DNA of 64,000 nt. Source: the human T2T-CHM13v2.0 reference genome, Homo sapiens. The stretch lies in assembly GCF_009914755.1 (NCBI RefSeq), contig NC_060928.1; one strand, 5' to 3'. Positions 1 to 14,550 of this stretch are shown here, one piece after another. The translations under genes and the position numbers were made by a program. The notes under the pieces are model-generated. The model was not told the origin of the DNA and did no database searches. It saw only the letters and a list, made by a program, of their open reading frames with translations. Position 1 is the stretch's first letter. The number at the start of each line of letters is the position of its first letter.

Positions 1-1066
1 TGATCTAAAATTTCCTAGCTAGATTCAATGCAAAACTATATTTCATTAAATTGTCATTTGTAACAAATAATATGTTTTATTTTATAACTTTTATACTTAT
101 CAAAATGCCACGGTTTTTTCTCATTTTGATTTGCCCTGAATAATTGCAGCATAATTTTTATAAAGTTTTGATTATTAAAGCTTCAAAATCCTTTAAATAT
201 ATTTGTAACCCTTAATTATTGAAATTCTATAGAAGTTTAACTATTTTACTCTTATGAAATTCCTTGAAAGCAGTATGATTGTTCGTTTTTCAAGGCGTTC
301 AACTAAGACGGAGGAAAAAGTGGTTGCTTTCTTGGATGAGTTTGTCAAATTCTCTTTTGTACCATAATGAAAGCGTTATCCTTTTTTTTCCCTCTCAATT
401 TGTCACTCGTTAATCATTCACTATTTTGTTGTTTCATATTGTCACATCATTCACTGCACTGCTTTTCTCATTAGGCTCATCCAAATGATAAATTACTCCC
501 TGAAAGGTTGAGATTTCAGTCTTCCTTTTTTGGCAATGCTTCCATTGATCTTTTATGCTATTCTGGTCATTCCTGAAGAAATGGTCTTATCACCTCCATG
601 CTCCATGTAGTATGTCCTCAGTCCACGTGGGCTTTCCTCTGTATTATTCATCTAAAGCAAAAGCAAACAAAACCACTTGCTGTTTAAAACATTACTTTTA
701 ATTAAAATGAACCATCGCATAATAAGAACAGCATATGCATTGAGGAGAACTGTTTCTCATCTTAGACTGCACTGGCAGAAGATCAAGGAACTGCTCAGCC
801 GTCTCTTTTGCTTGGCCTGTGCAGTCATTGACAGTCCAGCATCCAGGCCTGAAGTGAAACATTAGAAGGAATTTGCTGCAGAAACATGAGATGATAGAGA
901 GATCTACATCTCTCCTGATCTTCCAGGGTTCTTGCCAGCATCATTTACAGGTATTTTTGTTCATATTTGGTCCAGAGTTTCTTCAGAACTGAAAGTCTAC
1001 CTCTCAATATTGTCTCTGACTACCTACTCATGGCAATTCAATCATTTGAAAATATTACTAATCACT

Positions 1067-1373
1067 GGCTGGGCGCGGTGGCTCACGCCTGTAATTCCAG
1101 CACTTGAGGAGGCATAGGTGGGAGGATCACGAGGTCAGGAGATAGAGACTATCCTGGCTAACACAATGAAACCTCATCTCTACTAAAAATACAAAAAATT
1201 CGCTGGGTGTGGTGGTGGGCGCCTGTAGTCCCAGCGGCTCGAGAGGCTGAGGAAGGAGAATGGCGTGAACCCGGAAGGCGGAGTTTGCAGCGCCACTGCA
1301 CTCCAGCCTGGGCGACAGAGTGAGGCTCTGTCTCAAAAAAAAAAAAAAAAAAAAGAAAAGAAAGAAAGAAAAT
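1067..1373 (+). mobile_element. AluY-type SINE with a ~13-nt deletion in the right arm
   Basis: GGCTGGGCGCGGTGGCTCAC start; Y-type diagnostics (GATCACGAGGTCAGGAGAT, GGCTAACAC, AGAATGGCGTGAACCCGG); A tail; TSD AATATTACT(A/T)ATCACT at 1051-1066 and 1374-1389. Confidence 0.93.
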
Positions 1374-1564
1374 AATATTACTTATCACTTAGCTACAATC
1401 AATGTGGGACTGGTGGAGTCAGTTAGTGGGTAGATTTCTTGTAATAGGGCAGCAAGTAATCTGCAATTAGCACTCAAAGGCATCAAAGATAGAGGGAAGG
1501 TTGCCAAAGGACAAAGCCTTCAAGGGAGGTATGTTTATTTCTTTAAAATCGGCCGCTTCAGGTG

Positions 1565-1880
1565 CCTTTCTCTCACTCCTTCCACCTACCAGCGTTCTGT
1601 CCATTCTTCAAGGAAAAGCTCAAGTTACACTTCTGAAGGAAACCTTGAATCCTTCTCTACTGGCATGATGATTGTCCCCTTTGCTTGTATTGTCTTGTCA
1701 CATATTTCTCATTTCTATCAGAAGCATCCCTCACCAGCATTGTTTTAGTTGTTTATGTGTCTGATTACTCACTGAATCATAGAAGAACTATATAAAAATT
1801 GATTTTTCTGTTTAATCTCCCTTTATACCTACTGCTGTGCCTGCATGGAAGACAAACTCAATAAATGTTTGCTGAACTGA
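1565..1880 (+). mobile_element. L2 LINE 3' end remnant
   Basis: Ends ...TGTGCCTGCATGGAAGACAAACTCAATAAATGTTTGCTGAACTGA, resembling the L2 3' terminus. Confidence 0.65.
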
Positions 1881-2323
1881 CCTAAAATATCAAAGCTGTT
1901 GTTTGAATGTGGCCAAACTGAAAGCTCACAGTGTAATTTGATCCTGATCCGTAACATCAAAGGTGCTTCCATCTAAACCCTGAACTCTGCCTTCTGATGA
2001 AGATTTCTGCAATTACTATAGAAGAGGGTGTGCGTGAGTGCGCACGTATGTGCATGCATGTGTGTGCACTTCTATTTAAAAATTATTCTAATGTAATTTT
2101 AATGATTACATAGATTGCCTATGAAATAACAAGTGAGGATTTTTTTACTAAATTTTATAGGATACATAACCAAAGTGAGTGTTCTACTTCAAAGAGTTCC
2201 CTTGGGGGAACACAATTTATTCCATTTCACTGTCTTTGCTCAGGGCAGTTTTGGAATGAAATTCCTCTGAAGAATTTGCCTTTTAAAAAGAAAAAGAATT
2301 TGCCCTTAGAATTTGCTGTAGAG

Positions 2324-2694
<371 letters not shown>

Positions 2695-2804
2695 TTATCC
2701 TGAACCTTTATTTTCTCTTCTTTTCCCTTCCTCTATCCTAATTTTTTGATGTTAAGTTCTACAATTTCCTCTTTACACTCAATTGTTTTTTGCAAAACTT
2801 ATTA

Positions 2805-3480
2805 GAAATCTAAGTGGAGATACCTCGTAGACAGGTAGATAATGAGAGATGCCATGGGTTTTAAATGTAAAACTGGGAGTCAGAAGCATGCCAGGTATTT
2901 CTGAGTCATGAGACTGCCTTAGATCATCAAGAAGTCAATGTATAGACAGAAAAAGACATGAGACTGTGGTCAAAAACTTGGGAACTTTAAGATTTAGAAG
3001 ACATCTGCGAGAAGAGAAACAAGCCAAGAAGACTGAGACTGAGCAGCAGGTGAGACAGGAGGAACTATGACTGTAGTCTGAAAGCCAAGCAGGGTGTCAA
3101 CTTTACTGAATATTTCCAAGAGATCAAATAAGATCAGAACAAAGTTTTGAATATAGGACTTGGCAAAATGAAGGTCACTGATCTTCTTAAAAAGAGTGTT
3201 TTCTATGAAGTAATGAGAGGAATGCGAGTTACAAGTCACTAGCAGAGAGAACAGAAGGTGATGTATTGGTGGCACTGCATATCTCTTTTGGGAACTATCA
3301 CTTTTATCAACTTTTACTGTGAAGGAGAGCTGAAAAATGGAAAGTAATGTGAGTGGAACATGGAATCAAGGAACCCTGTTTTTTGTTTTTAATGAAAAAG
3401 ATTTCAAACTTAAAATAATCAAACTGAAAGGGAAAAATATAATAATGTAGGAAAAAAGGTAAACATAATTGCTGGAATAA
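2805..3480 (-). mobile_element. L2 LINE fragment including a degenerate reverse-transcriptase segment
   Basis: ORF 2994..3275(-) reads ENTLFKKISDLHFAKS...VLILFDLLEIFSKVD, like the L2/CR1 RT motif ETALxKVTNDLLxAK...VLILLDLSAAFDTVD. Confidence 0.75.
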
Positions 3481-3520
3481 AGTTCTTGAAAAGACAAATA
3501 CTAATATTTTGGAGGGTTCA

Positions 3521-3900
<380 letters not shown>

Positions 3901-6022
3901 TCACTATATCACAGATTTTCTCGTTATATTACCAATGTTTGAAGTTTTCCTAATATCAAAAAGAATTTATTAATGTAAACATATATAATATAATGAAATA
4001 GTAATTATAGTAATAAATATTGTTATATTAATACATAATATATCATTACATATTATTACATCTGCATATTATATATAATGAAATGTTAAATATAAAAATA
4101 AATTTGTAAATTACAGTCTATTTTAAGCTGTTCTCATATAGAATAGCTAATTAAAAGTTTTATGAAAGCACTTTGAGTTTTAAAGGCTGTGAATTTAAAA
4201 TTACTTATTTTAAACTAATTTTAATGGAAAATATGACTCAAAATAAGAATCTCAGAGAAACACAGAGAAACAGAATTTAGAGTCATTACTGTTGTTTCTG
4301 TTGTCTTTCCAAGATGAAGGCAATTCAAAGAAATGTTCTGTAGATAGTTTTCTCTTTGTAGCATACATGGAAAGATAACAATTGATGAACGCAGTTTATC
4401 GATTGACATTTGATGGTCAGTCAACGAGCTTTCTTTTTGTTTAAGGCAAATTTATTTACTGTGTTTATTATTATCTAGCCACAGGGATAATTTTTTTGCT
4501 GTTCAATTGCTTCTAATAATTAACAACGTTCAAAGGTAACTGCTAGAATTTACATTTATCAATACACACTGGGTCATCTCGTTGCCTAGCATAGAGCACG
4601 TGACTAAATACAAACGTATATGAATGAATGGAGCATAAAGTAAACATACCCATGGATGTGAACTCTGGCCATGCCCTGGCACCAAAGGCAAATCATGTTT
4701 TTGATCTTACTGTATATTTATTACAGGGATGTGTCTTAGGAAGAATGAAACACAATGCAGAACATTTTTCTTTGAGAGACAGTAGCCTTAGAAGATCTCT
4801 TTCCACAAGTTATTCTTCTCTTACATAAATCTTTGAGATCAACAAGTAGGCCCTTCCAATGAACAACTATAGCCCCATAAGATGACATGGATAAATTATG
4901 ATTTTGCACACACATACAGTGTGGGGGTGGAGGAACAACAAGAAAAAGCCACAATTAATTCTATGCACTTACAATAGACAATCCCAAAATTTCATAAAGA
5001 GAAAATCAGTTAAAGCAGAGTGAGGAAAAGACAGAGCCGGCTGCCAATGCTTCACAAGCAGTGAATGGTGCTGGAAAATATAAAATGCAGACCAATGCAT
5101 AGTAAATCAAAGCCAAAAGAGATCCATTTCCAGGATCCCTGAGAACTTGCCCTCACCAGCCCAGTGAAAGGCCAGTACTAGTTCCTAGACAAGGAGTTTG
5201 GTAGTTGATTAACCAGATAAACATGAAGTTGAAGTGTGTTGAAGGCTCTTCAAGTTAACTGTGCATATTGTTCACTTTTATATGCATTACTTGAGAATCT
5301 AGAGATTGGTGCAATTGTTGCCTAAAGAAGAACATTTCTCTCTCTCATCTACAAAATGTTTGAGGACCTGAAGTTTGGGGCTGATTTGAAGGTTCCATGT
5401 TCATCAGTGCCCAAGTTACAAATGTGGAGGACTTAATAGGTAAATATGAGTGCACTCATACAATGTTCCTTTATTCAATCCATTTATATGTTTCATTGTT
5501 TATATGAGGTCTTTTATATTAAGATTTAAATATTCTCAAGTTATTAATATACAGACATCTCTTAGAATTAGCTAACTACTACAGAAACTATAATTAAGTA
5601 ATCTTTCGTTTGCTCTACCAATCTCAGTAGAGAATATAGTTTTCATCATGCAATTTCTACTTGATACGAGGCAACTACTCGAGCTCCAGTCATTGCGTTC
5701 ACATGCCAGCAAATAGGATCTAATATGACAACAAAAAGTGCACTGTCTTCTTTTAAGCACACTGACTGGAAGTCAATGTGACAAACCGATAAATATTTCA
5801 ATGGCTAGATGTAGTTCTATGGTCACAACTTCTGAGTTTTAGCAGTTGGAAAACTCTTATTTTTTATTCTAGATTTTTATGTATTCAAGTGAAGCTCTAA
5901 AGAAAGGAGGGTGTGGATATTGAGAGGCTGCCAGCAATTTCTGCTACAAAACCACTTAAATGATTCTATGTATATACACGTATTTGTAGATAAATACAAA
6001 GTTATCCGAATATCTATTGCTA

Positions 6023-6348
<326 letters not shown>

Positions 6349-6489
6349 TCATGGATATCGGCAGACAACTAACAGTTGATGCTACAATACTGTGTGAAGT
6401 ATGTGTATATATATATTTATATCTCTGCATATATATCTGTGTATAATCGTTGATCCTTTACTAATGTTTCTGGTATTGTAAATTTTATT

Positions 6490-6600
6490 TACTCCTAAAA
6501 CCTATTCATGTTTGAGATGAGAAAACTGAGGCTTTGAAAAATTAAGAACTCCCTGAAAGTCTTGAAACTTGTCTTTCACTGGCTTTAAGATTTGTACTCT
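6490..6600 (-). mobile_element. MIR SINE fragment
   Basis: GATGAGAAAACTGAGGCT is the reverse complement of the MIR core. Confidence 0.55.
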
Positions 6601-6606
6601 TTATTA

Positions 6607-6693
6607 GGATGGATGGATAGATGGATAGATGAATGGAATTCAAATAGACTGACAAATGATGATACAGGATGGATAGATAGATAGATGATAGAT
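6607..6693. repeat. Degenerate (GGAT)n/(GATA)n microsatellite
   Basis: Visible tetranucleotide runs. Confidence 0.7.
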
Positions 6694-6720
6694 GTTTTAT
6701 TACTTAATACACTTAAACAT

Positions 6721-7183
6721 TGTTTTCATTTTCTAAGGATACCGTATCAAAGTACGACAAACTGGGTGACTCAAAATAACAGAAATTTATCTCTGAGAGT
6801 TCTAGAAGTTAGATGTGAGAAATTAAGAAATGAGCAAGATGGATTTCTTATGGAGGACTCTGAGATTTTCTTGCATGCCTCTCTCCTGGCTTCTGGTGTT
6901 TTCTGGCAATCTTTGGCATCCCTTGGCTTGCACATGCATCACTCTAATCTCTGCCTCTATTGTCACATGGTATTCTTCCCTGTATGTCTGTCTACTGTCT
7001 AATTTGTGTCTGCATTCCTCTCAGACACCAGTGGCTGAACTAAGGCCCAACTAAATCTAATTTAATCTCACCTTAACTTGATTATATCGGTAAAGACCCT
7101 ATTTCCAAATAACATCACATTCCTAAGTATTGGGGTTAGGACTTCAGTGTATCTTTTCGGTGGTCACAATTTAATCCATAACA
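6721..7183 (-). mobile_element. MaLR solo LTR (MLT1C-like)
   Basis: TG...CA ends; AAGACCCTATTTCCAAATAACATCACATTC...GGGGTTAGGACTTCA...CACAATTTAATCCATAACA is the reverse complement of the MLT1 LTR 5' part; ~460 bp. Confidence 0.85.
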
Positions 7184-10100
7184 GAAATTTATTTGATATG
7201 TTTAGGTTAATTTTCAACAAAAATTAATCCTGATTATTCAGTTATATTTTTGTCTTCATTCACTCTTTCTTAAAGTTCCAAAGGAAGAGTATTCATGAAG
7301 ATGTGCTTAACCATAAAAATCTGAACTCAAATGGATTCAGGTCAACATCCAGACTTACTCAATTTCAGAGCTTAGGTAGTGGATACTTAACCCTGTCTTA
7401 TAAAGTAAAGTCACCTATAAAAAATAGAGAAGATAATTTAATGTTTGACTAATTGGGGAAAAGATTCCTTTCTATCAAGAATTTGTAACCACATCATAGT
7501 CTCTAATTTGGTTTCTTTCAATATATACTGAAATATACCTATGTCTTGGAATTTATTGGATCATAAATAATCAATAATAGATATTGATGTTAAATCAAAA
7601 GCTAGATTATAGTTGTGGGAACAACTAATGCAGCCACTGTGTCCATCAAGAAAAGATCAACTTGAAAATTTTCTAGTATTTTCTTGTAATGGCATTACAG
7701 TCTCTGTCTTCAAAGCTCAATTCAAACACCAAATCTAAACAAAGCATAGTAGATATCAAAACCCAGATATGTAGAGGCTGATATAACTTAACTAAAGTTA
7801 TGTTTGAGAAAGCATATGATATATGCTTATTTGGATGGAGAGAAACATTACAAGATGTACTCTTGAAATTCAATGTGAAGAGTGAGTAGATAATGCCACA
7901 ATTTAAAAAATGATTTAAGGAAGTTTCATCTGTCAGTTGCATGTAGAATGGATCAGATGAAGAAGACTGGAGTTAGAGAGAACACATAGGAAGCTCTTTG
8001 ATTCATCCCTGTATCAGATGATAAAGTTGTACATTAGGATGTTCACAATAAAAATAAAGTGAAAAATCTTAAATAAAACATTATAAAAAATTGAAAGAAA
8101 AATTCATAATTTTTGGTGACTGAATATGAAAAAGAAGGATTGAGATGAATCATATAATTCAAAATTTGGAGACTGGATGACTAGCTTGAATCAAGGCTAA
8201 GAGGCAAGAGTTTTTCATTAAATATAGTTAACAAAAATGTCACTAGCTCTAAAAAAATTACAATATGTTCCCTTCTCTCTATTAGAACTTGGAAATAAAT
8301 AGGAGAATGTCAGGGCAAACTGTTTTTTGTCTATCTTTGAGTGTCTAAGCAAAGCCTACAGCCTCCTGACATGCTCCCTCTATTATTCTGTTCCATTTTT
8401 CTCTGGTCTATTTCATCCTTCTTAATGGAATTTTGGGACAAATGTGTAGCACCTACTGCCTTTAATAGACATTTTTGGTCACAGATCCCACTGCACTTTC
8501 AAATCACATTTTCTCAAGCTTAATATTTTAAACTATCTAAAAGATCAAAGAAGAAAATACATGCTAAAAAATTACATAATGGGCAGGAATATGGTGTATC
8601 CAAGAAAATATATACAAATCTGCTTTATATCCTGAAGCTAAATAAACAATAGAGACTTTAGAAACTTTATTATTATTTTATGCTTTTGTATTTTTTTATT
8701 TACATGAATTGACTTTAAAGGGTTCCAATTATGATGCTTTAATGATTATGCAAAGGACATAATTTAAAAATTCCTAGATCTTATTTCAAGAGCTTTTACA
8801 TTTGTTCGCTTTTTACCACAAAATATTTAAGACCCAAGTATAAGCAATGATAGAAAAGTTTGGTTAATAAATTCCCATGTTTAGCACAGACTTTTAATTG
8901 AAATATTATATATTAAAGTCGATACTTGTTTTAGGAGTATCTTAATAAGAAATAAAAATACAATTTGCATAAACTATATACTTTTTGGATTTTTTCATAC
9001 TTCAGTGTCTATGGTTTCAAGGAGCTTATACAGTTCCCTGAAATTATTTTTTAAAACTGCGGACGTCTTGTTATGCACTAGTAAATGGTATAATAAGAAA
9101 ACATTAAAATAAGCAATGATAATTTCAAAAAATGTTATTAAATCTCTTAAGAAAATAAATCTAGTATTATGATTAAAACTTAATTTCAGAGACTTTGGAG
9201 GTGGATTTAAGATTATTAAGTATTAGGTATTCTTTGAGATATATTAAAGACATTAAATGATTGTATTTCCCTGAAACTTGTACTCGCCTGTGAAAGTTGT
9301 CAGAGTTCATTGTAAGAGACAAAATATTTAATTAAAATGGCTTGATACCACACACAATAGATCAATTCTTATACGAATTTATGACAGCTCAGCTTAGTTC
9401 ATATTTTAAAGTAAATATTAAAGGGAGTTTATTTTCAGTTATATTGTAAAGCAGGAAAACGCTGTTTTATAGGGCTCCTTAAATTTAGTGTTGTCTTGTT
9501 TGTATTTGAAAAAACATGTAGTACAATAGCTATTTTATGGACTGCTATCTTTTATTGTAGATACCCTAAAAAAATGGACTGTGAGAAATTCAGTACTGAT
9601 TGTTCTTTACTTTGACAACCTATCACATATGGGAACATTAAGCCAATGAACAGTCACTCAAAGCAAAAATCAAGGAATGTTAACGCCTAGATCTATAAGG
9701 GCTTTAACAAATAACTTATTCACTTTTATCAATATCATAAATATGGTACATCAAACAATTATAAGATACTATTTCATGGAGAATGATAAAGTTGATAGAA
9801 AACCATTTTCTTTCTCATCAAGCCTATCAGTATATACCAATGAGGTTTGTCCACAGTTATTTCCAGATGCCTATGTATTGTTAGTATTCAAATTCTATGT
9901 GAGAATTGCAGAGTATAAAAAATTGTATATAGATATAGATGTTGATATAGATAGATACAGATATGTATATTTCTCTATATCTATGTAGAAAGCTGCCTTG
10001 AAAGTTTACGACTTTACTTGAAGAATGGCTTTGGGTACATTGTGAATTGTTAATGACAAAGAACAGATGGGATTGATTGCTAGCTCAGTGTGAATCGGGA

Positions 10101-11600
10101 AGAAAATGCCTGCAGATATTCAAGCTTGGTGTGGAGCAGCCATTCCAGACCCAATAGCCCAGGATTGTCAGGGTGAAAGAACCAGGCTGATGAGCACAAT
10201 ACAAAGTTTGTACAAAAGAAGTGAAATTAGCCTAGTAATTACTTGATTATGGAAAGGAAAATATCAGTTATGGAGGGAGATGTTTTAAATGAACTGAAAA
10301 AAGAGAGACATACTGGTCTCAGTAGGCTTCAATTAAAAAGTTGCAATATTTGTCTTACTGGCACTAGGGGATGCCCAGTAGTAATTTATGTTCTGGGAGG
10401 CCTTTTTTTTACACAAAGTCAGCTCCTCTTTTACTTTTAGGCCCACTAACTCTCCTCAGAAAGAAATATGCTAGTCAACTGGCAAATCAGAATCAAATAT
10501 CCATACAATCCACAGTGAGACAAATTATTTAAATACCCACAAATGTAGTAAGCATGTTCCTTGGATCTCTTATTCTGGTATACTTAACATCTGAGGAAGA
10601 CAAATAAATTATCATTGTGAAATAATGAAGGACAGAAAGATCTTAATTGTCATCTGAGGATGGTTACGAGAATGGACTATTGACTTATTTTGGTGTACAA
10701 TTTTACAACCCTTCAGGTACTTAAAAATGCATGATGTGTATAAGCCATTATTCAGTTAATGAGACGGTAAACTACAATTTGCATTGAAATTGTCCAGTGT
10801 TGCTTTTCATTAAAGAGATAATGACTCAGAAGATATTTTAGGTGTTGCTACAAGCTGCTGTTTTCATTCCATTTTTATTTGACAAACTGGGTCACATTGT
10901 ATTACAAGAAGACAATCTATCCTATAATATGCCCATGTTACTTGATTTTGCAACACAGAAATGATGGAAAGTGATAGCCCCTTTGCACCTGGCATGCAAT
11001 CTCAGCATAATGCCATGCTTAAGCAAATCAGCAGACCCTTATGCAATAACCTAAATTTTGCTTTAAGGCACATTTGTGTATATTAAACTGGGCTCTTGGA
11101 AGGCAAAACATCCGCAACAGTTCAACATACTAAAGTAGATAATGTAACAAAGTCTGATGGCTTAGAGCTCTTAGACTGCATTTCTCTTGGATTTGTTGGC
11201 ATTGCAAATAAGCTGAGGGTGTGATCTCCACAAAACTCATTAGTTAGAGGTAGGAAGCACCTGGCCATTGTTGAAATGTTAATGATGACTCCAAAAGGAA
11301 CAGACTTTTTTGGGGGGAAGTATAATATATATAACGAAGCTTCAGGGCAATTTTCTAAGCCCTGAAAGGTCTCTTGGTTGGGTCCCTTGGTACAGATCTC
11401 CCTACCTAGAATCTAGATCTCTCAATCTCACCCTCAGTACAAAATTGTGAGACTATGATGGAGAAAAGGCAATTCCTACATGTTTTCCTATGACCATAAT
11501 TCCCGTCACTAATGAAAGCATAGTAAAATTGGTCAACACTTACTTTTTGTTGGTAGTGAAAACTGTCTCACAGAAATAACTTGAGTAATATGTCTCTAGA

Positions 11601-11772
11601 CACGGGTTAGCAAATTTGTCGGTGAAGGGCTTGATAGGAAATATTTTAAGCTTTATAGGCTGAACTATTCAACTCTGCCCTTTGAAGCAATGAAAGAGTT
11701 TCTTTGTTTTACAATAAAACTTTATTTATAAAAACAGACAATGCCCCATAGGCTATAGTTTGTTGACCCCTT
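11601..11772 (-). mobile_element. MER58A-like hAT-Charlie non-autonomous DNA transposon
   Basis: TIR-like ends CACGGGTTAGCAAA / TTTGTTGACCCCT; internal CAATAAAACTTTATTTATAAAAACAG; flanks CTCTAGA/CTCTAAA resemble the Charlie target. Confidence 0.75.
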
Positions 11773-11789
11773 CTCTAAAGCCATATAAA

Positions 11790-12100
11790 AATTAATGCCT
11801 TGATCCACTAATCCTATTGCTTGGTATGTACCTGAAGCAAGATATTTACAAGATCAATTTTTAAAAACTATTCACACCCTAGTATTTATAACAGTGTTAT
11901 CCATAATGGGGAAAACTGCAATTGTCTTCATTCAACAACAAAGAAATAGTCAAGGGTAGTAACTAGAGGTAACATTATGCATCTGCCTAAACATAGTTAT
12001 AAAAAATGTTTTAAAATATTGAAATATCTTTGTGATAGAAGATTAAGTGAGAAATTCAGGCTACAAAAGTTTGTATACATTAGAGTAGAAATTAAATGGG
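11790..12100 (+). mobile_element. Old L1M (L1ME/MC-type) 3' fragment
   Basis: TTGATCCACTAATCCTATTGCTTGGTATGTACC and TTAAGTGAGAAATTCAGGCTACAAAA resemble L1 ORF2-end/3'UTR motifs. Confidence 0.55.
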
Positions 12101-12699
12101 AACATATATAACAAAACATTTTTAAAGTTTAGAATATAAATAAAAGTTAAATTATTCAAAATGCATACATATAAGACAAAGGGAAATCACTAGGGCATAT
12201 CCATTTATTAAATCAGCAGTCTCTTATTGAACATCACTGTGTTGGCCATTGGGATCAAAGAAATAAGTGATAGTCCTATCCTGAAAGAACCTTACAAATA
12301 ATGGAATATGAGGAATAAGATGAAATGATGTCACACCTTCCAGTGGATGATGATGAGGAGATTCCATGGGAGAAGGGGAGCAGTGACAGCGTGAAGGTCA
12401 GGTGAAGAATCTGCCATAAAGGAACTTTATAGTTTAGTATGGCTCGGGTTGTTTGGTTGGAATAGGGAGAGATGAGGACAAAGAGGCCAGATCATAGGAA
12501 GCTTCATATGACATGCCAAGGAGATTAGAGTTTATCCAGAAAGCAGTATAGATGTCAGACATAGGCTGCATTGAAGAGATTTAAATTTCTAGCCAAATAA
12601 TCACTTAAAAATAGTTTTGTAATAATAAAATAACTACTAAATAAAGGAAGGACAATAGAGAAGAAACAATTATGAGAAATATTGCAAAAAAAAAATTGG

Positions 12700-12885
12700 C
12701 GTTACGAATCAGAGTTTTGAATCCTGGATCCTCCTCTCACTAACTAGGTGACTTTCAGCAAGTTTGTTAGACTTTCTGAGTTTCCTGTCTCTTATTTGTA
12801 AACTAGGCATTGTCATACCTTCCTTGACTGAGCATTACAAAAATTATTTTTAAAAGTGTTTATAAAATCACTAGCACAATGCATG
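12700..12885 (+). mobile_element. MIR SINE
   Basis: TTTGAATCCTGGATCC...CACTAACTAGGTGACTTTCAGCAAGT...CTGAGTTTCCTG...TGTAAA. Confidence 0.65.
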
Positions 12886-13750
12886 TTTGAAAGAATAAAT
12901 ACATAATTAGAAGCTGGCATTACTTGTAATAATACTGGCTAGAAGTGTTAGAGGCTTAAATGAATAATAGAGAAAAAGGAAGTTTAGAAAGTATAGAAAG
13001 ATTAAGGAAGCCCCCAGATAGGTGAAGGAAAAAGAGGACTCAAAAATAACCTTTTGGAGGATAATATGATTAGTCCAGTGTGGAATTATAGGAAAAGGAG
13101 CCAGTTTGGGAGCTAGATACATAAAATTTTAACTTACACTGGAAAATTACTGAAGTAATTGAAGTGCAAAAACACTGGAGTCTGACCCAGAACTGAAGTA
13201 AAAATGTGAAAACGTGATTTCACTGGAGTTTGCTGATACAGAATATGTAAGATATAATGCTGTGATAAGCAGGGCTTGTAGGTGTGGGAAAACAGGAAGT
13301 AGAAAAGAAAGAGGAGAAAATATTATCTAAGTATATAACTGAAGGAGAGCAGTCAAGATGTGACCTGCCATTGTTCATATATGTCCTTTGGAGATAATTT
13401 TCTAATTATTCATTAGTGTGAAATCCATTTTGGCATGAAAGATGTAGCTATCATCGATATAAAACTTCATATTTCCTAAGGAATTCAGGTAGTGGAAAAT
13501 CGAGAATATCAAGTTCCAGTAACAGATCCAATTTATTCATAATTTGTTTGCCAATATTATTGGTTGGCAATGTTAGTTTTCCCCCGGAAATCAATTTTGT
13601 TGCCCTTAGTACATGTCTGAGCAGAGATGGTGTGGGAGCATATGCGGAGCCCCTCCTTCTATTTAGTTCTTCATCCTGTCTAATCTGGAATGCTTCTCAA
13701 TGTTCTTCATTATTGTGCACTATTTTTTCACTCGATATATAACTCCTCTA

Positions 13751-14056
<306 letters not shown>

Positions 14057-14220
14057 ATATAACTTCTCTAAAAATACTTGCTAACTATGTTCTTGTCTGT
14101 GATGCAGTAAAACTAAAGAGGCTTTTAAATCTCTAAACAAATTATGCTCATTGCTTTACCTTTGTCAGAAACTCATTGATTCTGTTGCCTGGTGAAGGTT
14201 CATTTGTTTGTTAAGCCTGA

Positions 14221-14550
<330 letters not shown>

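Noticed and set aside
3975-4110. Very AT-rich block with short self-complementary runs
   Set aside because: Low-complexity sequence where short palindromes are expected by chance
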